A DNA stretch of 64,000 bases from the IMG/VR virus record IMGVR_UViG_3300008113_000108, positions 57,418-121,417 of that record, one strand, 5' to 3'. A program made the translations under genes and the position numbers. Origin of the DNA: a virus. Below, piece by piece: positions 10,760 to 20,441 of this stretch (position 1 is its first letter; each line of letters opens with the position of its first letter). A model generated the notes under the pieces. The model ran no database searches, had not been told where the DNA came from, and saw only the letters and a program-made list of their open reading frames with translations.

Positions 10760-11398
10760 ATGTCTCTATACGGAAGAACTGATTCTACTGCAAACGTAAA
10801 TAAAGCAAAGAATGCTGTTGGTATTCCTGCTTCTAACTCCGCTGGCGGTGGTCCTAATTCAGTAACCAAAAGTTTTGTTTTTGTAGATAATACTGAAGCA
10901 CAACTAAATGAAAACAAAGTTCGTGGTATTACTGGTCCTGGTTGGTGGGCATATAGCACATATACTGATGCCGCAGGAAATACTCGTCATAAAGCTGAGC
11001 ATCTAGTTTTCATCTCTAACCCAGATACCAACGCAAACGAAACTCAGACTGATGATACTATTGCAGCAGACGTTGCATCAGCAGTAACAATCAACGTTGC
11101 ATATCCACAGAATGCTACTACATCATCTGGTGGTGCAACATTTACAGTTAATGGTCAAACCACCACAACTGGAACTCCAGGAACTCTTGTTTATCAGTGG
11201 CAAGTACAAACTGCAACTGGAACACGTTGGACCAATGTTACCAACACTGGAATCTACACAGGTGCTACAACTCACACTCTAACTCTAACTGGTGCTACTT
11301 CAACAGTTACTGGTTATAAGTATAGAGTAAAGATCACATCTGCTGGTGGTACTGAGGAAGTTATTTCTAGAACTGCAACTCTAACATTTGGCACCTGA
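10760..11398 (+). CDS. probable virion structural protein with C-terminal Ig-like domain
   Basis: YQWQ...W...TLTL...YKYRVKI Ig pattern; TATAAATA late promoter at 10721. Confidence 0.75.
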   Translation: MSLYGRTDSTANVNKAKNAVGIPASNSAGGGPNSVTKSFVFVDNTEAQLNENKVRGITGPGWWAYSTYTDAAGNTRHKAEHLVFISNPDTNANETQTDDTIAADVASAVTINVAYPQNATTSSGGATFTVNGQTTTTGTPGTLVYQWQVQTATGTRWTNVTNTGIYTGATTHTLTLTGATSTVTGYKYRVKITSAGGTEEVISRTATLTFGT

Positions 11399-11404
11399 TA
11401 AAAT

Positions 11405-11767
11405 ATGAGATTTACTGAATTGAATGAAGATAACTTTTTGTTATTTGCAATAAAACATTATGACAATCCAAATGCAATGACAAAAGATGATTTTTTTGAA
11501 GACCTAAAACGTTTTAAGTATATTAAAAGATTACTGAAACGATTTGATAAAACGGGGATTCTCAAAACTCATCTTTTGTTAAATCATATTATAGTTGTTT
11601 ATAATATATTTGGCGATGCAGCTACACCAATATTATTCTTTAAAATAGAACAACAGTATTGGAAGTACTTGAAATCTTTTATGTTGTTCTTGAATAGAAT
11701 CGAACAAGACACACTTTCAACTATACAACCTGATTCATATTGTTTAGAGGAACTTAATAAAATATGA
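11405..11767 (+). CDS. conserved T4-like phage hypothetical protein
   Basis: LNEDNFLLFAIKHYDNP...EDLKRFKYIKRLL...LLLNHII pattern typical upstream of primase. Confidence 0.8.
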   Translation: MRFTELNEDNFLLFAIKHYDNPNAMTKDDFFEDLKRFKYIKRLLKRFDKTGILKTHLLLNHIIVVYNIFGDAATPILFFKIEQQYWKYLKSFMLFLNRIEQDTLSTIQPDSYCLEELNKI

Positions 11768-12147
11768 ACTACAACGAAGAAGTTGCTGCGAATAGTGTTG
11801 GTACAGGAGCTGCAGTATCTTTACCTCCTAGTGTTGAGCCACCAGGAATTCCTGCTTCCAAAAGAAAAAGGAAAAAACTAAAAGAGCAAAATTTATTTGA
11901 GAGTGGTGGAAAGGTAATTGACCAACTGAAACAGATTTCATTGGCGGGTCAACAAGGTATGGTTATGTTTGACAATGGAGAAAAGGCTCAAGTTTCTCCT
12001 GACAGTGCAAATAAACTAGTTGATTTATATAGAAATTTGAATGCTAGTAATAGAGTCAAGATGATCAAAACTATCAATTCATCTTCTGCTGGATTTGAAA
12101 AGATTTCGACATTTGCATCCTCCAGAGGTTCACAGCCAGTTCAGTAA
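11764..12147 (+). CDS. hypothetical protein
   Basis: 127-aa ORF coupled by ATGA overlap. Confidence 0.7.
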   Translation: MNYNEEVAANSVGTGAAVSLPPSVEPPGIPASKRKRKKLKEQNLFESGGKVIDQLKQISLAGQQGMVMFDNGEKAQVSPDSANKLVDLYRNLNASNRVKMIKTINSSSAGFEKISTFASSRGSQPVQ

Positions 12148-12158
12148 CCGAGGGTAAA

Positions 12159-12575
12159 ATGTTTCAAAATTCTTCAACAGAAACTAAATTAGCTTTACTT
12201 GAAGAAAGACTCAGCGTATACGAGAGGATGATGAAAAAGATCGACTCTGCAATAGAAAAGATAAGTGAAACGAGTCAGACTATCAGTAAGATGCTAGCAA
12301 TACATGACGAGAGAATCGAACAAACCGTGAAGTCGGATGAGATTATAATTAAAATGGTGGAAGAGATAAAGAAGTCTAACACCACAGAGCATAAATCTGT
12401 ACTTGATAGAGTAGAAGAAATTGAAAAAACTGTTGGAGATTTGTTAAAATTCAGATGGCAGGTGGCAGCAATTTCGGGGGTGGTTGTGCTAGTTGTCGGA
12501 CTGGTCGTACCCTTTATTGACAACATGGTGGGAATGCACTATAATGGGGGGACTGAGCAGCCCTCCACTAAATGA
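12159..12575 (+). CDS. coiled-coil protein with C-terminal transmembrane helix
   Basis: heptad-rich then WQVAAISGVVVLVVGLVVPF. Confidence 0.75.
   Translation: MFQNSSTETKLALLEERLSVYERMMKKIDSAIEKISETSQTISKMLAIHDERIEQTVKSDEIIIKMVEEIKKSNTTEHKSVLDRVEEIEKTVGDLLKFRWQVAAISGVVVLVVGLVVPFIDNMVGMHYNGGTEQPSTK
12517..12545 (+). promoter_or_regulatory. sigma70 consensus promoter for primase-nrdAB
   Basis: TTGACA-17-TATAAT perfect match. Confidence 0.8.
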
Positions 12576-13555
12576 GTTACATTGACACCAAATACATTAA
12601 CCTCATTTCTATTCGTCTAGAAAAATTTTCAAGAAAAAAAGATAACCTATACAACTTTCGTTGTCCCTACTGTGGCGATTCTGCGAAGAACAAGAATCGT
12701 GCAAGAGGGTTTTTCTTTCTGATGAAATCGGATATGGTGTATAAGTGCCATAACTGTGGAGTTGGAAGGAGTCTTGCAAACTTCCTAAAGGATATGGATG
12801 TAACTCTCCATGATGAATATGTCATGGAAAGATTTAAGTCTGGGCTAACTGGACGAGGATCTAATACAGCAAATCCAAAGATGATGGAGTTCAAGAAACC
12901 TGTGTTTATTAAAACACCGCTGTCCGAACTCCAAAAGATATCAGAACTAAATAATTCACACCCAGCAAAAGAATACCTTCTCAAAAGACAAATTCCAGAA
13001 AAATATCTTTCTAAGTTCTATTACGCAGAGGATTTTCATGCTTGGGCCAAAACAGAGAATTCAATCAAAGAGTCCAGAATCGTCATCCCACTCATGTCCA
13101 AAAGTGGAAAGCTTTTTGGATTTCAGGGGCGGGCTCTTGACAAAAATTCAAAACTACGCTATATTACTACCATCCTGGATGACAAGTACGTTAAACTATT
13201 TGGACTTGATACTGTAGACTTCGATAAAACCATCTATGTAACAGAGGGTCCATTCGACTCTCTTTTTCTGTCTAATGCTATCGCCATGTGCGGATCAGAC
13301 ATTTACCTAGATAAAAACATCTACAAAGATCGAGTATTCATTTTAGACAATGAGCCACGCAACGTACAAATCGTTAACAAGTATGACAAGCTTATTGATG
13401 CAGGAGAAAAAGTGGTAGTATGGCCAAGTACCATAAAAGAAAAAGATATTAACGATATGGTTATTGCTGGACTCAACCCACAGCAGATAATCGAACAAAA
13501 CACATTTCAAGGGTTGGAAGCTAAAGTTCAATTTACTACATGGAAGAAAGTATGA
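12572..13555 (+). CDS. gp61: DNA primase
   Basis: Zn finger CPYCGD...CHNC, TOPRIM VTEGPFDS, DNEPRN, KDINDM. Confidence 0.96.
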   Translation: MSYIDTKYINLISIRLEKFSRKKDNLYNFRCPYCGDSAKNKNRARGFFFLMKSDMVYKCHNCGVGRSLANFLKDMDVTLHDEYVMERFKSGLTGRGSNTANPKMMEFKKPVFIKTPLSELQKISELNNSHPAKEYLLKRQIPEKYLSKFYYAEDFHAWAKTENSIKESRIVIPLMSKSGKLFGFQGRALDKNSKLRYITTILDDKYVKLFGLDTVDFDKTIYVTEGPFDSLFLSNAIAMCGSDIYLDKNIYKDRVFILDNEPRNVQIVNKYDKLIDAGEKVVVWPSTIKEKDINDMVIAGLNPQQIIEQNTFQGLEAKVQFTTWKKV

Positions 13556-15852
13556 GTAACGGTACTAAAGTTAAAAAACGTAATGGTACTTTTGAATCTC
13601 TAGATCTAGATAAAATTCATAACATGGTTGAGTGTGCTTGCGGTGGTCTTGCAGGTGTGAGTGCCTCCCAGGTTGAAATCAACTCTGGAATTCAATTCTA
13701 TGATGGAATTACCACAGATGAAATCCAAGAAATCCTTGTTAGGTCAGCTAGTGATCTTATCAGCCTCGATAATCCAAATTATCAGTATGTTGCTGCTCGT
13801 CTCTTGCTTTTTGGTTTATATAAACAAGTCTTTGGAAATAACTGGAAAACTGGGTTCCCTTCAGTAGGATATCATCTTTACCAGGGCATCATGAAAGGTG
13901 TTTATGATAAAGAATTATCTTGTAAGTATACAGATGAAGAGTGGGACAAAATTAACTCTTGGATTGATCATGAAAGAGATTATCTTTTTACCTATGCTGG
14001 TCTTCGTCAAGTAGTAGATAAGTATTTGGTTCAGGACAGGAGTTCAAAGCAGATCTATGAAACTCCTCAATACATGTATATGCTAATCTCTGCGACTATC
14101 TTTGCAGAGTATCCAAAAGAAACAAGACTAGATTATGTCAAACGATACTACAACGCAATCTCTAAGCACAGAATCAACATTCCAACGCCAATCATGGCAG
14201 GCGTTAGAACCCCTCTTCGTCAATTTGCTTCTTGTGTGCTTATTGATTCTGACGATTCTCTCAATTCTATCTTCAGCTCTGACATGGCTATTGGCCGTTA
14301 TGTTGCACAGCGGGCTGGAATCGGTATCAACGCAGGCCGAATCAGGGGTATCAATAGCAAGATCCGTGGTGGAGAAGTTGCCCATACAGGAGTTATTCCA
14401 TTCCTCAAGAAATTTGAAGCGACGGTCAGGTGTTGCACTCAAAACGGCATACGTGGTGGTTCAGCTACAGTTCACTTCCCTATTTGGCACAAAGAAATAG
14501 AAGATATTCTTGTTCTAAAGAATAACAAAGGAACGGAGGACAACCGTGTACGTAAACTCGATTATTCCATTCAAATCTCCAAGATCTTCTATGAGAGGTT
14601 TATCCAAGGTAAAGAAATTTCGCTCTTCTCGCCCCACGACGTTCCAGGCTTGTATGATGCTTTTGGAACTGATAGTTTTGATCAACTATATGAGAGTTAT
14701 GAACGAGATCAGTCTATTCAAAGAAAGACTATCAGTGCTCAAGAACTATTCCTCGATCTGCTTAAAGAACGTGCTGAGACTGGTCGGATTTACATCATGA
14801 ATATTGACCACTGCAATTCTCATAGTTCCTTCCTAGACAAAGTAAATATGTCTAATCTCTGTCAGGAAATTACACTTCCTACAGTACCCATCAATCATAT
14901 TGATGATCAGGCAGGCGAGATTGCACTTTGTATTCTTTCTGCAATCAATGTCGGAAAGCTAAACAACTTCTCCGAACTAGAAGAACTTTGTGATCTTTCA
15001 GTTCGTGCTCTTGATGAACTCATTGATTATCAGAACTATCCAGTTGAAGCTGCACGTATCTCCACCGAGTCACGACGCTCACTTGGAATCGGCTATATTG
15101 GTCTTGCTCACTTCCTTGCTCGTAATGGTGTCAAGTATGAAGATTCTCAGGCTTGGAAACTAGTTCATGATTTAACTGAAGCATTCCAGTATTACTTACT
15201 CAAAGCATCAAATCAACTAGCTGTAGAGAAAGGTCCATGCGACTATTTTAATCGCACTAAGTATTCTCAAGGAATTCTTCCAATTGATACTTACAAGAAA
15301 GACGTAGACGAACTCGTACCTAACGAATTAAACCATGATTGGGAAACACTTAGAACATCCATCTTGGCTAACGGTCTCAGGCACTCAACACTGTCCGCAC
15401 AAATGCCATCGGAAAGCAGTTCCGTTGTGTCAAATGAAACAAATGGAATCGAGCCACCTAGAGATTACTTGTCCGTTAAGAAATCAAAGAAGGGACCTCT
15501 TAAGCAGATTGTCCCCAGCTATCAAACTCTCAAAAAGAATTATACACTTCTTTGGGAAATGCCTAGCAATATTGGTTATATCAATATTGTTGCAGTTATG
15601 CAAAAATTCTTCGATCAAGCGATTTCTGGAAACTGGTCATATAACCCAGAGAATTATGCCGATAATGAAGTACCTGTTAGCGTAATGGCACAAGACCTTC
15701 TAACCACATACAAGTATGGCTGGAAGACATCATACTATCAGAATACATATGATAGCAAATCTGATTCTGATGTAGAAGAGAAAGGAGAAGCTCTATCTCA
15801 ACTACTATCACAACTAGAATCTGATGAAGACTGCGAAAGCTGCAAAATCTAA
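13552..15852 (+). CDS. nrdA: ribonucleotide reductase class Ia alpha subunit
   Basis: ATP cone VKKRNG, SNLCQEI, C-terminal CESCKI. Confidence 0.98.
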   Translation: MSNGTKVKKRNGTFESLDLDKIHNMVECACGGLAGVSASQVEINSGIQFYDGITTDEIQEILVRSASDLISLDNPNYQYVAARLLLFGLYKQVFGNNWKTGFPSVGYHLYQGIMKGVYDKELSCKYTDEEWDKINSWIDHERDYLFTYAGLRQVVDKYLVQDRSSKQIYETPQYMYMLISATIFAEYPKETRLDYVKRYYNAISKHRINIPTPIMAGVRTPLRQFASCVLIDSDDSLNSIFSSDMAIGRYVAQRAGIGINAGRIRGINSKIRGGEVAHTGVIPFLKKFEATVRCCTQNGIRGGSATVHFPIWHKEIEDILVLKNNKGTEDNRVRKLDYSIQISKIFYERFIQGKEISLFSPHDVPGLYDAFGTDSFDQLYESYERDQSIQRKTISAQELFLDLLKERAETGRIYIMNIDHCNSHSSFLDKVNMSNLCQEITLPTVPINHIDDQAGEIALCILSAINVGKLNNFSELEELCDLSVRALDELIDYQNYPVEAARISTESRRSLGIGYIGLAHFLARNGVKYEDSQAWKLVHDLTEAFQYYLLKASNQLAVEKGPCDYFNRTKYSQGILPIDTYKKDVDELVPNELNHDWETLRTSILANGLRHSTLSAQMPSESSSVVSNETNGIEPPRDYLSVKKSKKGPLKQIVPSYQTLKKNYTLLWEMPSNIGYINIVAVMQKFFDQAISGNWSYNPENYADNEVPVSVMAQDLLTTYKYGWKTSYYQNTYDSKSDSDVEEKGEALSQLLSQLESDEDCESCKI

Positions 15853-15863
15853 GGAGACCTTAC

Positions 15864-17027
15864 ATGGAATTTATTAAAAATACAAAAAGTGAAATCAAGG
15901 GTATGACCGTATTTAATAGTAATCATGTAGATACTAAAAAGCAACCAATGTTTTTTGGTAAGCCACTTGGAGTTCAAAGGTATGATAGCTACAAGTATCC
16001 TATCTTTGAAAAGCTAACTCAACAACAACTTGGATACTTCTGGAGACCCGAGGAGGTCTCCCTCCAGAAAGATCGTGCAGATTATCAAACACTTCGTCCC
16101 GAACAAAAACATATCTTCACTTCTAACCTGAAGTATCAGATCATGCTTGATTCTGTTCAGGGTCGTGGTCCTGGTCTTGCATTCCTTCCATATTGTTCTC
16201 TTCCAGAACTAGAAGCTTGCATGACCATCTGGGAAACTATGGAGATGATTCATAGTCGCTCATATACCTACATCATCAAGAATGTTTATTCTGATGTGAC
16301 TGAAGTATTTGATACTATTCTAGATGATGAAAAGATTCTAGAACGTGCCACTAGTGTTACTCAAGCATACGATGAACTTATTCAGTGTGCTCATCAATGG
16401 GATTCGGGAAATCTCTGGAGTCTAGGAGATCATACTACTGCAAATATTGAACTCAAAGAACTAAAGCGAAAGCTTTATCGTGCAATCATGAATGTAAACA
16501 TTCTTGAAGGTATTCGTTTCTATGTTTCATTTGCCTGCAGCTTTGCATTCGGTGAACTAAAACTCATGGAAGGATCTGCAAAAATCATTTCTCTAATTGC
16601 CCGTGATGAATCACAGCATCTTGTAATTACTCAAAACATCATCAAGAATTGGAAGAATGGTGATGATCCTCAGATGCTAGAAATCATTGCTGAAGAAGAG
16701 AATAATGTACGAGACATGTATCTTCGTGCAGTAAATGAAGAGAAAGCATGGGCAGAATATCTGTTCAAGGACGGTTCTATGATTGGTCTAAATGCTAAAC
16801 TTCTCTCTTCCTATGTTGAGTATATTGCCAACCGTAGAATGAAGGCAATCGGAATCAAACCAATGTTTGATATCTCTATGTCAAACAATCCACTTCCCTG
16901 GACTGAGCATTGGCTAAATTCCAAGATGATGCAGAATGCTCCACAAGAAACTGAAATCGAAAGTTATGTAATTGGTGGCATTAAGCAGGATATGAAGAAA
17001 GATACTTTCTCTGGATTTAAACTGTGA
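15864..17027 (+). CDS. nrdB: ribonucleotide reductase class Ia beta subunit
   Basis: FWRPEEV, EMIHSRSY, LEGIRFYVSF, RDESQH, APQETE. Confidence 0.98.
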   Translation: MEFIKNTKSEIKGMTVFNSNHVDTKKQPMFFGKPLGVQRYDSYKYPIFEKLTQQQLGYFWRPEEVSLQKDRADYQTLRPEQKHIFTSNLKYQIMLDSVQGRGPGLAFLPYCSLPELEACMTIWETMEMIHSRSYTYIIKNVYSDVTEVFDTILDDEKILERATSVTQAYDELIQCAHQWDSGNLWSLGDHTTANIELKELKRKLYRAIMNVNILEGIRFYVSFACSFAFGELKLMEGSAKIISLIARDESQHLVITQNIIKNWKNGDDPQMLEIIAEEENNVRDMYLRAVNEEKAWAEYLFKDGSMIGLNAKLLSSYVEYIANRRMKAIGIKPMFDISMSNNPLPWTEHWLNSKMMQNAPQETEIESYVIGGIKQDMKKDTFSGFKL

Positions 17028-17080
17028 TTAATACTGGAGTTTTATAAATAATATTATAAAATAACATTTATAAAACTCCA

Positions 17081-18034
17081 ATGACAGAAACTCAAAGACT
17101 TTACGAATCATACTTTGCAGTATACAATGATGATCTCAGAGAGACTCTTTCTGAGGAAGCAGATCTATTTGAAGACGTAGATTATCTTTATGATGATGAG
17201 CTAGAAGAGATTGTTGACGAAACAATCGAGTCTATGATCGAAGAAGGTTATGATCTAGATGAGATTGAAGAAGCATTTGAAGACATTCTTGCAGAAGCTA
17301 CAGTAACTACTGGTCGTGGTGGTTATACAAAACTTAGCTCAGACAAGCGTTCAGCACCAGTAACAACTGGTCAAGGAACTGCAATGCGTCAGGCTGCTAG
17401 AAAGAAAGCTGTAGTATCTGCTGCTCGCCAGAGACAAGCTCAGGCAGTAAAGGATGCTCCAGGTAAAGCTGCAGGTAGAGTAAAGGCTGCGGTACAAAGT
17501 GGTGTAGCAAAAGCTAGAAAGGCAGTAGACACTGCTGCTGGCGATTATGCTGCTAAGCATAAACTAGTATCTGGCAAGAAGGGTCAAGCACTAAACAGAA
17601 GTGCTATCGGAATGAAGCAAGCTTCAAAAGATCCTTCTGGTCGTAGAGATATTCGTTCAAAGGTTGTTGGCCATCTTGCACAGAGAGCGGCTAACAAACT
17701 TCAGCGTGGAGTTGAAAAAGCAAAGGGTGCAGTTAAGTCTGCTGGTCAAGCTGCAGTAGCAAAAACTAAGTCTTCTAGCGATGCTGCTCAGGCTAAGATG
17801 CAAGCAGCAGGTTCTGCTGCGAAGAAGTCTGGTAAGAGCCTAGTCGGAAGAGTAGCTAGAAAGGTAGCTTCAGGTGCTGGTAAGCTTGCATCCAGACTTG
17901 GAGAAGAAGTAGATGTATACGATGTAGTTCTAGAGCATCTTCTAGAGGAAGGCTATGCCGAGACTCCAGAAGCAGCTCAGGCAATCATGGTTAATATGTC
18001 AGAAGCTTGGATCTCAGAGATCCTAGAAGGCTGA
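17081..18034 (+). CDS. hypothetical late protein: acidic N/C termini, Ala/Lys-rich core
   Basis: 317-aa ORF, TATAAATA at 17043; C-term YDVVLEHLLEEGYAETPEAAQAIMVNMSE. Confidence 0.8.
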   Translation: MTETQRLYESYFAVYNDDLRETLSEEADLFEDVDYLYDDELEEIVDETIESMIEEGYDLDEIEEAFEDILAEATVTTGRGGYTKLSSDKRSAPVTTGQGTAMRQAARKKAVVSAARQRQAQAVKDAPGKAAGRVKAAVQSGVAKARKAVDTAAGDYAAKHKLVSGKKGQALNRSAIGMKQASKDPSGRRDIRSKVVGHLAQRAANKLQRGVEKAKGAVKSAGQAAVAKTKSSSDAAQAKMQAAGSAAKKSGKSLVGRVARKVASGAGKLASRLGEEVDVYDVVLEHLLEEGYAETPEAAQAIMVNMSEAWISEILEG

Positions 18035-18053
18035 TTTAAACCTCAAATTTCTC

Positions 18054-18081
18054 AAGAGACCCTATAGGGGTCTCTTTTTTT
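18054..18081 (+). terminator. rho-independent terminator
   Basis: AGAGACCC-TATAG-GGGTCTCT then T run. Confidence 0.8.
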
Positions 18082-18156
18082 ATGGCTGAGATCCCCAGTA
18101 AAAACGGCTGAAAAAACCCTGTTTTCTGCCTTATTAAGGGTTTTCTGGATGAGGGC

Positions 18157-18185
18157 TTGACAAGACTCCCAAAAGCATGTATAAT
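18157..18185 (+). promoter_or_regulatory. sigma70 consensus promoter
   Basis: TTGACA-17-TATAAT with extended TG. Confidence 0.8.
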
Positions 18186-18234
18186 AACTCTGTCAGGGTT
18201 CAGATAAATATTTTGAGTTATTATAGAATATATA

Positions 18235-18582
18235 ATGAAACCTCAGAGTGCTAAGGCTAAAGGTAGGAATTTACAGAAGTGGGTTAGAGATCAACTCATA
18301 GAACAACTAGAAATACATCCTGAAGATATTGAATCTAGATCTATGGGTGCTGGTGGAGAAGATTTGATTATGGCTAGAGCAGCCAGAAGTAAATTTCCCT
18401 TTTCTATAGAATGTAAAAATGTTGAAAAGTTAAATGTCTGGGAAGCATATGAGCAAGCTAAAGCAAACTGTGGAGATTATGAACCTATTGTGGTCATGAA
18501 AAAGAATCACAAGAAACCATTGGTAGTAGTAGACGCAGAGTACTTTATTAAACTATTCGGAGAGAAAAATGGCCAAGATTGA
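18235..18582 (+). CDS. PD-(D/E)XK nuclease / Holliday-junction-resolvase-like protein
   Basis: SAKAKGR, GEDL, SIECKN motifs. Confidence 0.7.
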   Translation: MKPQSAKAKGRNLQKWVRDQLIEQLEIHPEDIESRSMGAGGEDLIMARAARSKFPFSIECKNVEKLNVWEAYEQAKANCGDYEPIVVMKKNHKKPLVVVDAEYFIKLFGEKNGQD

Positions 18583-19270
18583 TCTACATAACTTCTTCAA
18601 ACATTTTGACGAAAAGAATCCAAAGCATGTTGCTGCGGTAGCACAGTTTGAAGAAGTATTATTAAAAAAAGTCCCAGAAGAAATGGATGATGTTTCTACA
18701 TGGGTTAAAACATTTAGAAGTAAACCAGAAAAAAAGGCACTAAATATTCTGGATAATTTTCCATGGTTCCCTCAAACAGATAATTACAGAGATGCTAACC
18801 GTACTTGTAACAGTTCTAGTTGTGCTATGTGTCTTGAGTATTTTAAACCAGGCACGTTAAAAGGACCAAAAGGAGACGATGCTTATGTTCAGAAAGTCTT
18901 CTCAATCGGAGATACCACAGATCACTTGGTACAAACAAGGGTTCTTGCTTCTTATGGAATTAAGTCGAGTTTCAGCTATTCCCTTTCTTTTGCTGATCTT
19001 GATCGAGAGCTTGCCGCTGGTAGACCTGTTGTTATTGGTATTCTTCATAGGGGCACTCTATCTGCTCCCACGGGAGGACACATGGTAGTTGTGATTGGCC
19101 GCACACCTGCTGGAGATTACATCGTAAATGACCCCTACGGTAGCCTCAACGACGGCTATACTGGTCCAGTGACCAATGGTAAAGGAGCAGTCTATCGACG
19201 ATCTGATCTAGCTCGTAGATGGTGTCCAGGTGGCAAGGATGGCTGGGGTAGGGTTTTCCAGGCACCATAA
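18569..19270 (+). CDS. peptidase C39-like protein, putative endolysin
   Basis: QTDN...TCNSSSCAM (Cys), GGHMVVVIG (His), VNDPYG (Asp). Confidence 0.8.
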   Translation: MAKIDLHNFFKHFDEKNPKHVAAVAQFEEVLLKKVPEEMDDVSTWVKTFRSKPEKKALNILDNFPWFPQTDNYRDANRTCNSSSCAMCLEYFKPGTLKGPKGDDAYVQKVFSIGDTTDHLVQTRVLASYGIKSSFSYSLSFADLDRELAAGRPVVIGILHRGTLSAPTGGHMVVVIGRTPAGDYIVNDPYGSLNDGYTGPVTNGKGAVYRRSDLARRWCPGGKDGWGRVFQAP

Positions 19271-19293
19271 GTTTTATAAATATCCCAAACACC

Positions 19294-19322
19294 TTGACAA
19301 CCAAATAGAAGTGTGTTAAGAT
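19294..19322 (+). promoter_or_regulatory. sigma70-type promoter for ncRNA/tRNA-Tyr
   Basis: TTGACA-17-TAAGAT with extended TG. Confidence 0.65.
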
Positions 19323-19328
19323 TGTTTT

Positions 19329-19435
19329 AAGTCTGAATCCAGTAAACCTTTTGGCATCTCCGCCACGAGTCCTGCTGGAAATATGTTACTCGCTATGCAG
19401 ATAGCATAGAAGGAGGCATTACTGGTTTCAGGCTT
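19329..19435 (+). ncRNA. unassigned structured RNA (long stem plus four-way junction)
   Basis: AAGTCTGAATCCAGTAA pairs with TTACTGGTTTCAGGCTT; inner helices CCTT/AAGG, TGGC/GCCA, CGAGT/ACTCG, CTATGC/GCATAG. Confidence 0.65.
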
Positions 19436-19438
19436 ATC

Positions 19439-19521
19439 GGGTAGGTGTCCGAGTGGTTTAAGGAACCTGACTGTAAATCAGGCGGCTCTGTCCAACGCTG
19501 GTTCAAATCCAGCCCTGCCCA
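19439..19521 (+). tRNA. tRNA-Tyr(GTA)
   Basis: cloverleaf, CT-GTA-AA loop, long variable arm, GTTCAAATC. Confidence 0.95.
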
Positions 19522-19642
19522 TTGACAACACCAATTTATATTATAAGCGATTGAGTTGTTGTCATTTTGTGCCCAGGAGATTGCCTCTTGAAAAAGAGGT
19601 GTACCCCTTTCTCTATTGGGATGTAGAGTTCTATTCAAATTA

Positions 19643-20005
19643 ATGCGTTTTATTTCAACACTTCTTATCGCTTCAACACTTCTTGGATTTACGCCCCAAA
19701 AAGCTGAAGCAGCCAGCGGATGTTCAATGGCTTCTCATTATGGTGTCGGTGATGGATATCACGGTCAAACCACCGCTAACGGTGAAAGATACAATGCATA
19801 TGGTAAATCAGTAGCACATAAATGGCTTCCATTTGGTACTAGATTACGAGTGACAAATCAACGAAATGGAAAATCAGTTATTGTGCGAGTGAATGATAGA
19901 GGTCCATATGTCGGAGGACGAGACCTCGATCTGTCCTACGGGGCATTCTCTTCAATTGCACACCCAGGACAGGGAGTGGCGAGTGTCTGTTACTCTAGAG
20001 TTTAA
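19643..20005 (+). CDS. rlpA: RlpA-like lytic transglycosylase (DPBB domain) with signal peptide
   Basis: ASHYG...TANGE...AHKWLPFGT...VRVNDRGPY...DLS. Confidence 0.9.
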   Translation: MRFISTLLIASTLLGFTPQKAEAASGCSMASHYGVGDGYHGQTTANGERYNAYGKSVAHKWLPFGTRLRVTNQRNGKSVIVRVNDRGPYVGGRDLDLSYGAFSSIAHPGQGVASVCYSRV

Positions 20006-20042
20006 CAGATAAATATAGGGGAGACTTGATCTCCCCTTCCTC

Positions 20043-20441
20043 ATGAATAAGAAGCAGGTAATAAATTTTGCAATCATTGGTGTAATACTTACATCATCAG
20101 TAGGTGTACTTACAAAATGTACAGGGATTGATGAGATACATTGGTATGACCTGATTGACGAAATTCAAAGAAAGTATTTTCCAAACAGTCAATTAAACGA
20201 CTATATAATAAAGGATCCAGCACTCCTTGACCGTCGTGTTAAGAGAGATGTCGATAAAGCGATCAGTGATTATGAACGCTTGACAGGAGATGATGGACGT
20301 GTTAGACTTCCATCACCACGATACTCAGAAAAGCCCATAGATAGTTCTGTGTGCTATACTGATGAGTGTCGAGCACTAGGAGGAGAAATCCGACTTTGCT
20401 CTCCATGGGTTCCAGACTGCCCCTTGACAAACCGAGAATAG
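20043..20441 (+). CDS. hypothetical membrane-anchored protein
   Basis: N-terminal TM helix; C-terminal Cys cluster. Confidence 0.7.
   Translation: MNKKQVINFAIIGVILTSSVGVLTKCTGIDEIHWYDLIDEIQRKYFPNSQLNDYIIKDPALLDRRVKRDVDKAISDYERLTGDDGRVRLPSPRYSEKPIDSSVCYTDECRALGGEIRLCSPWVPDCPLTNRE

Noticed and set aside
449-17027. Introns or inteins in gp43, gp41, nrdA or nrdB
   Set aside because: All are uninterrupted and of normal length, with no intein-like insertions visible
19393-19638. Minus-strand 81-aa ORF and other ORF-track starts inside tRNAs (21504, 21919, 23155)
   Set aside because: They overlap clear tRNA genes; real starts are downstream or the ORFs are shadows
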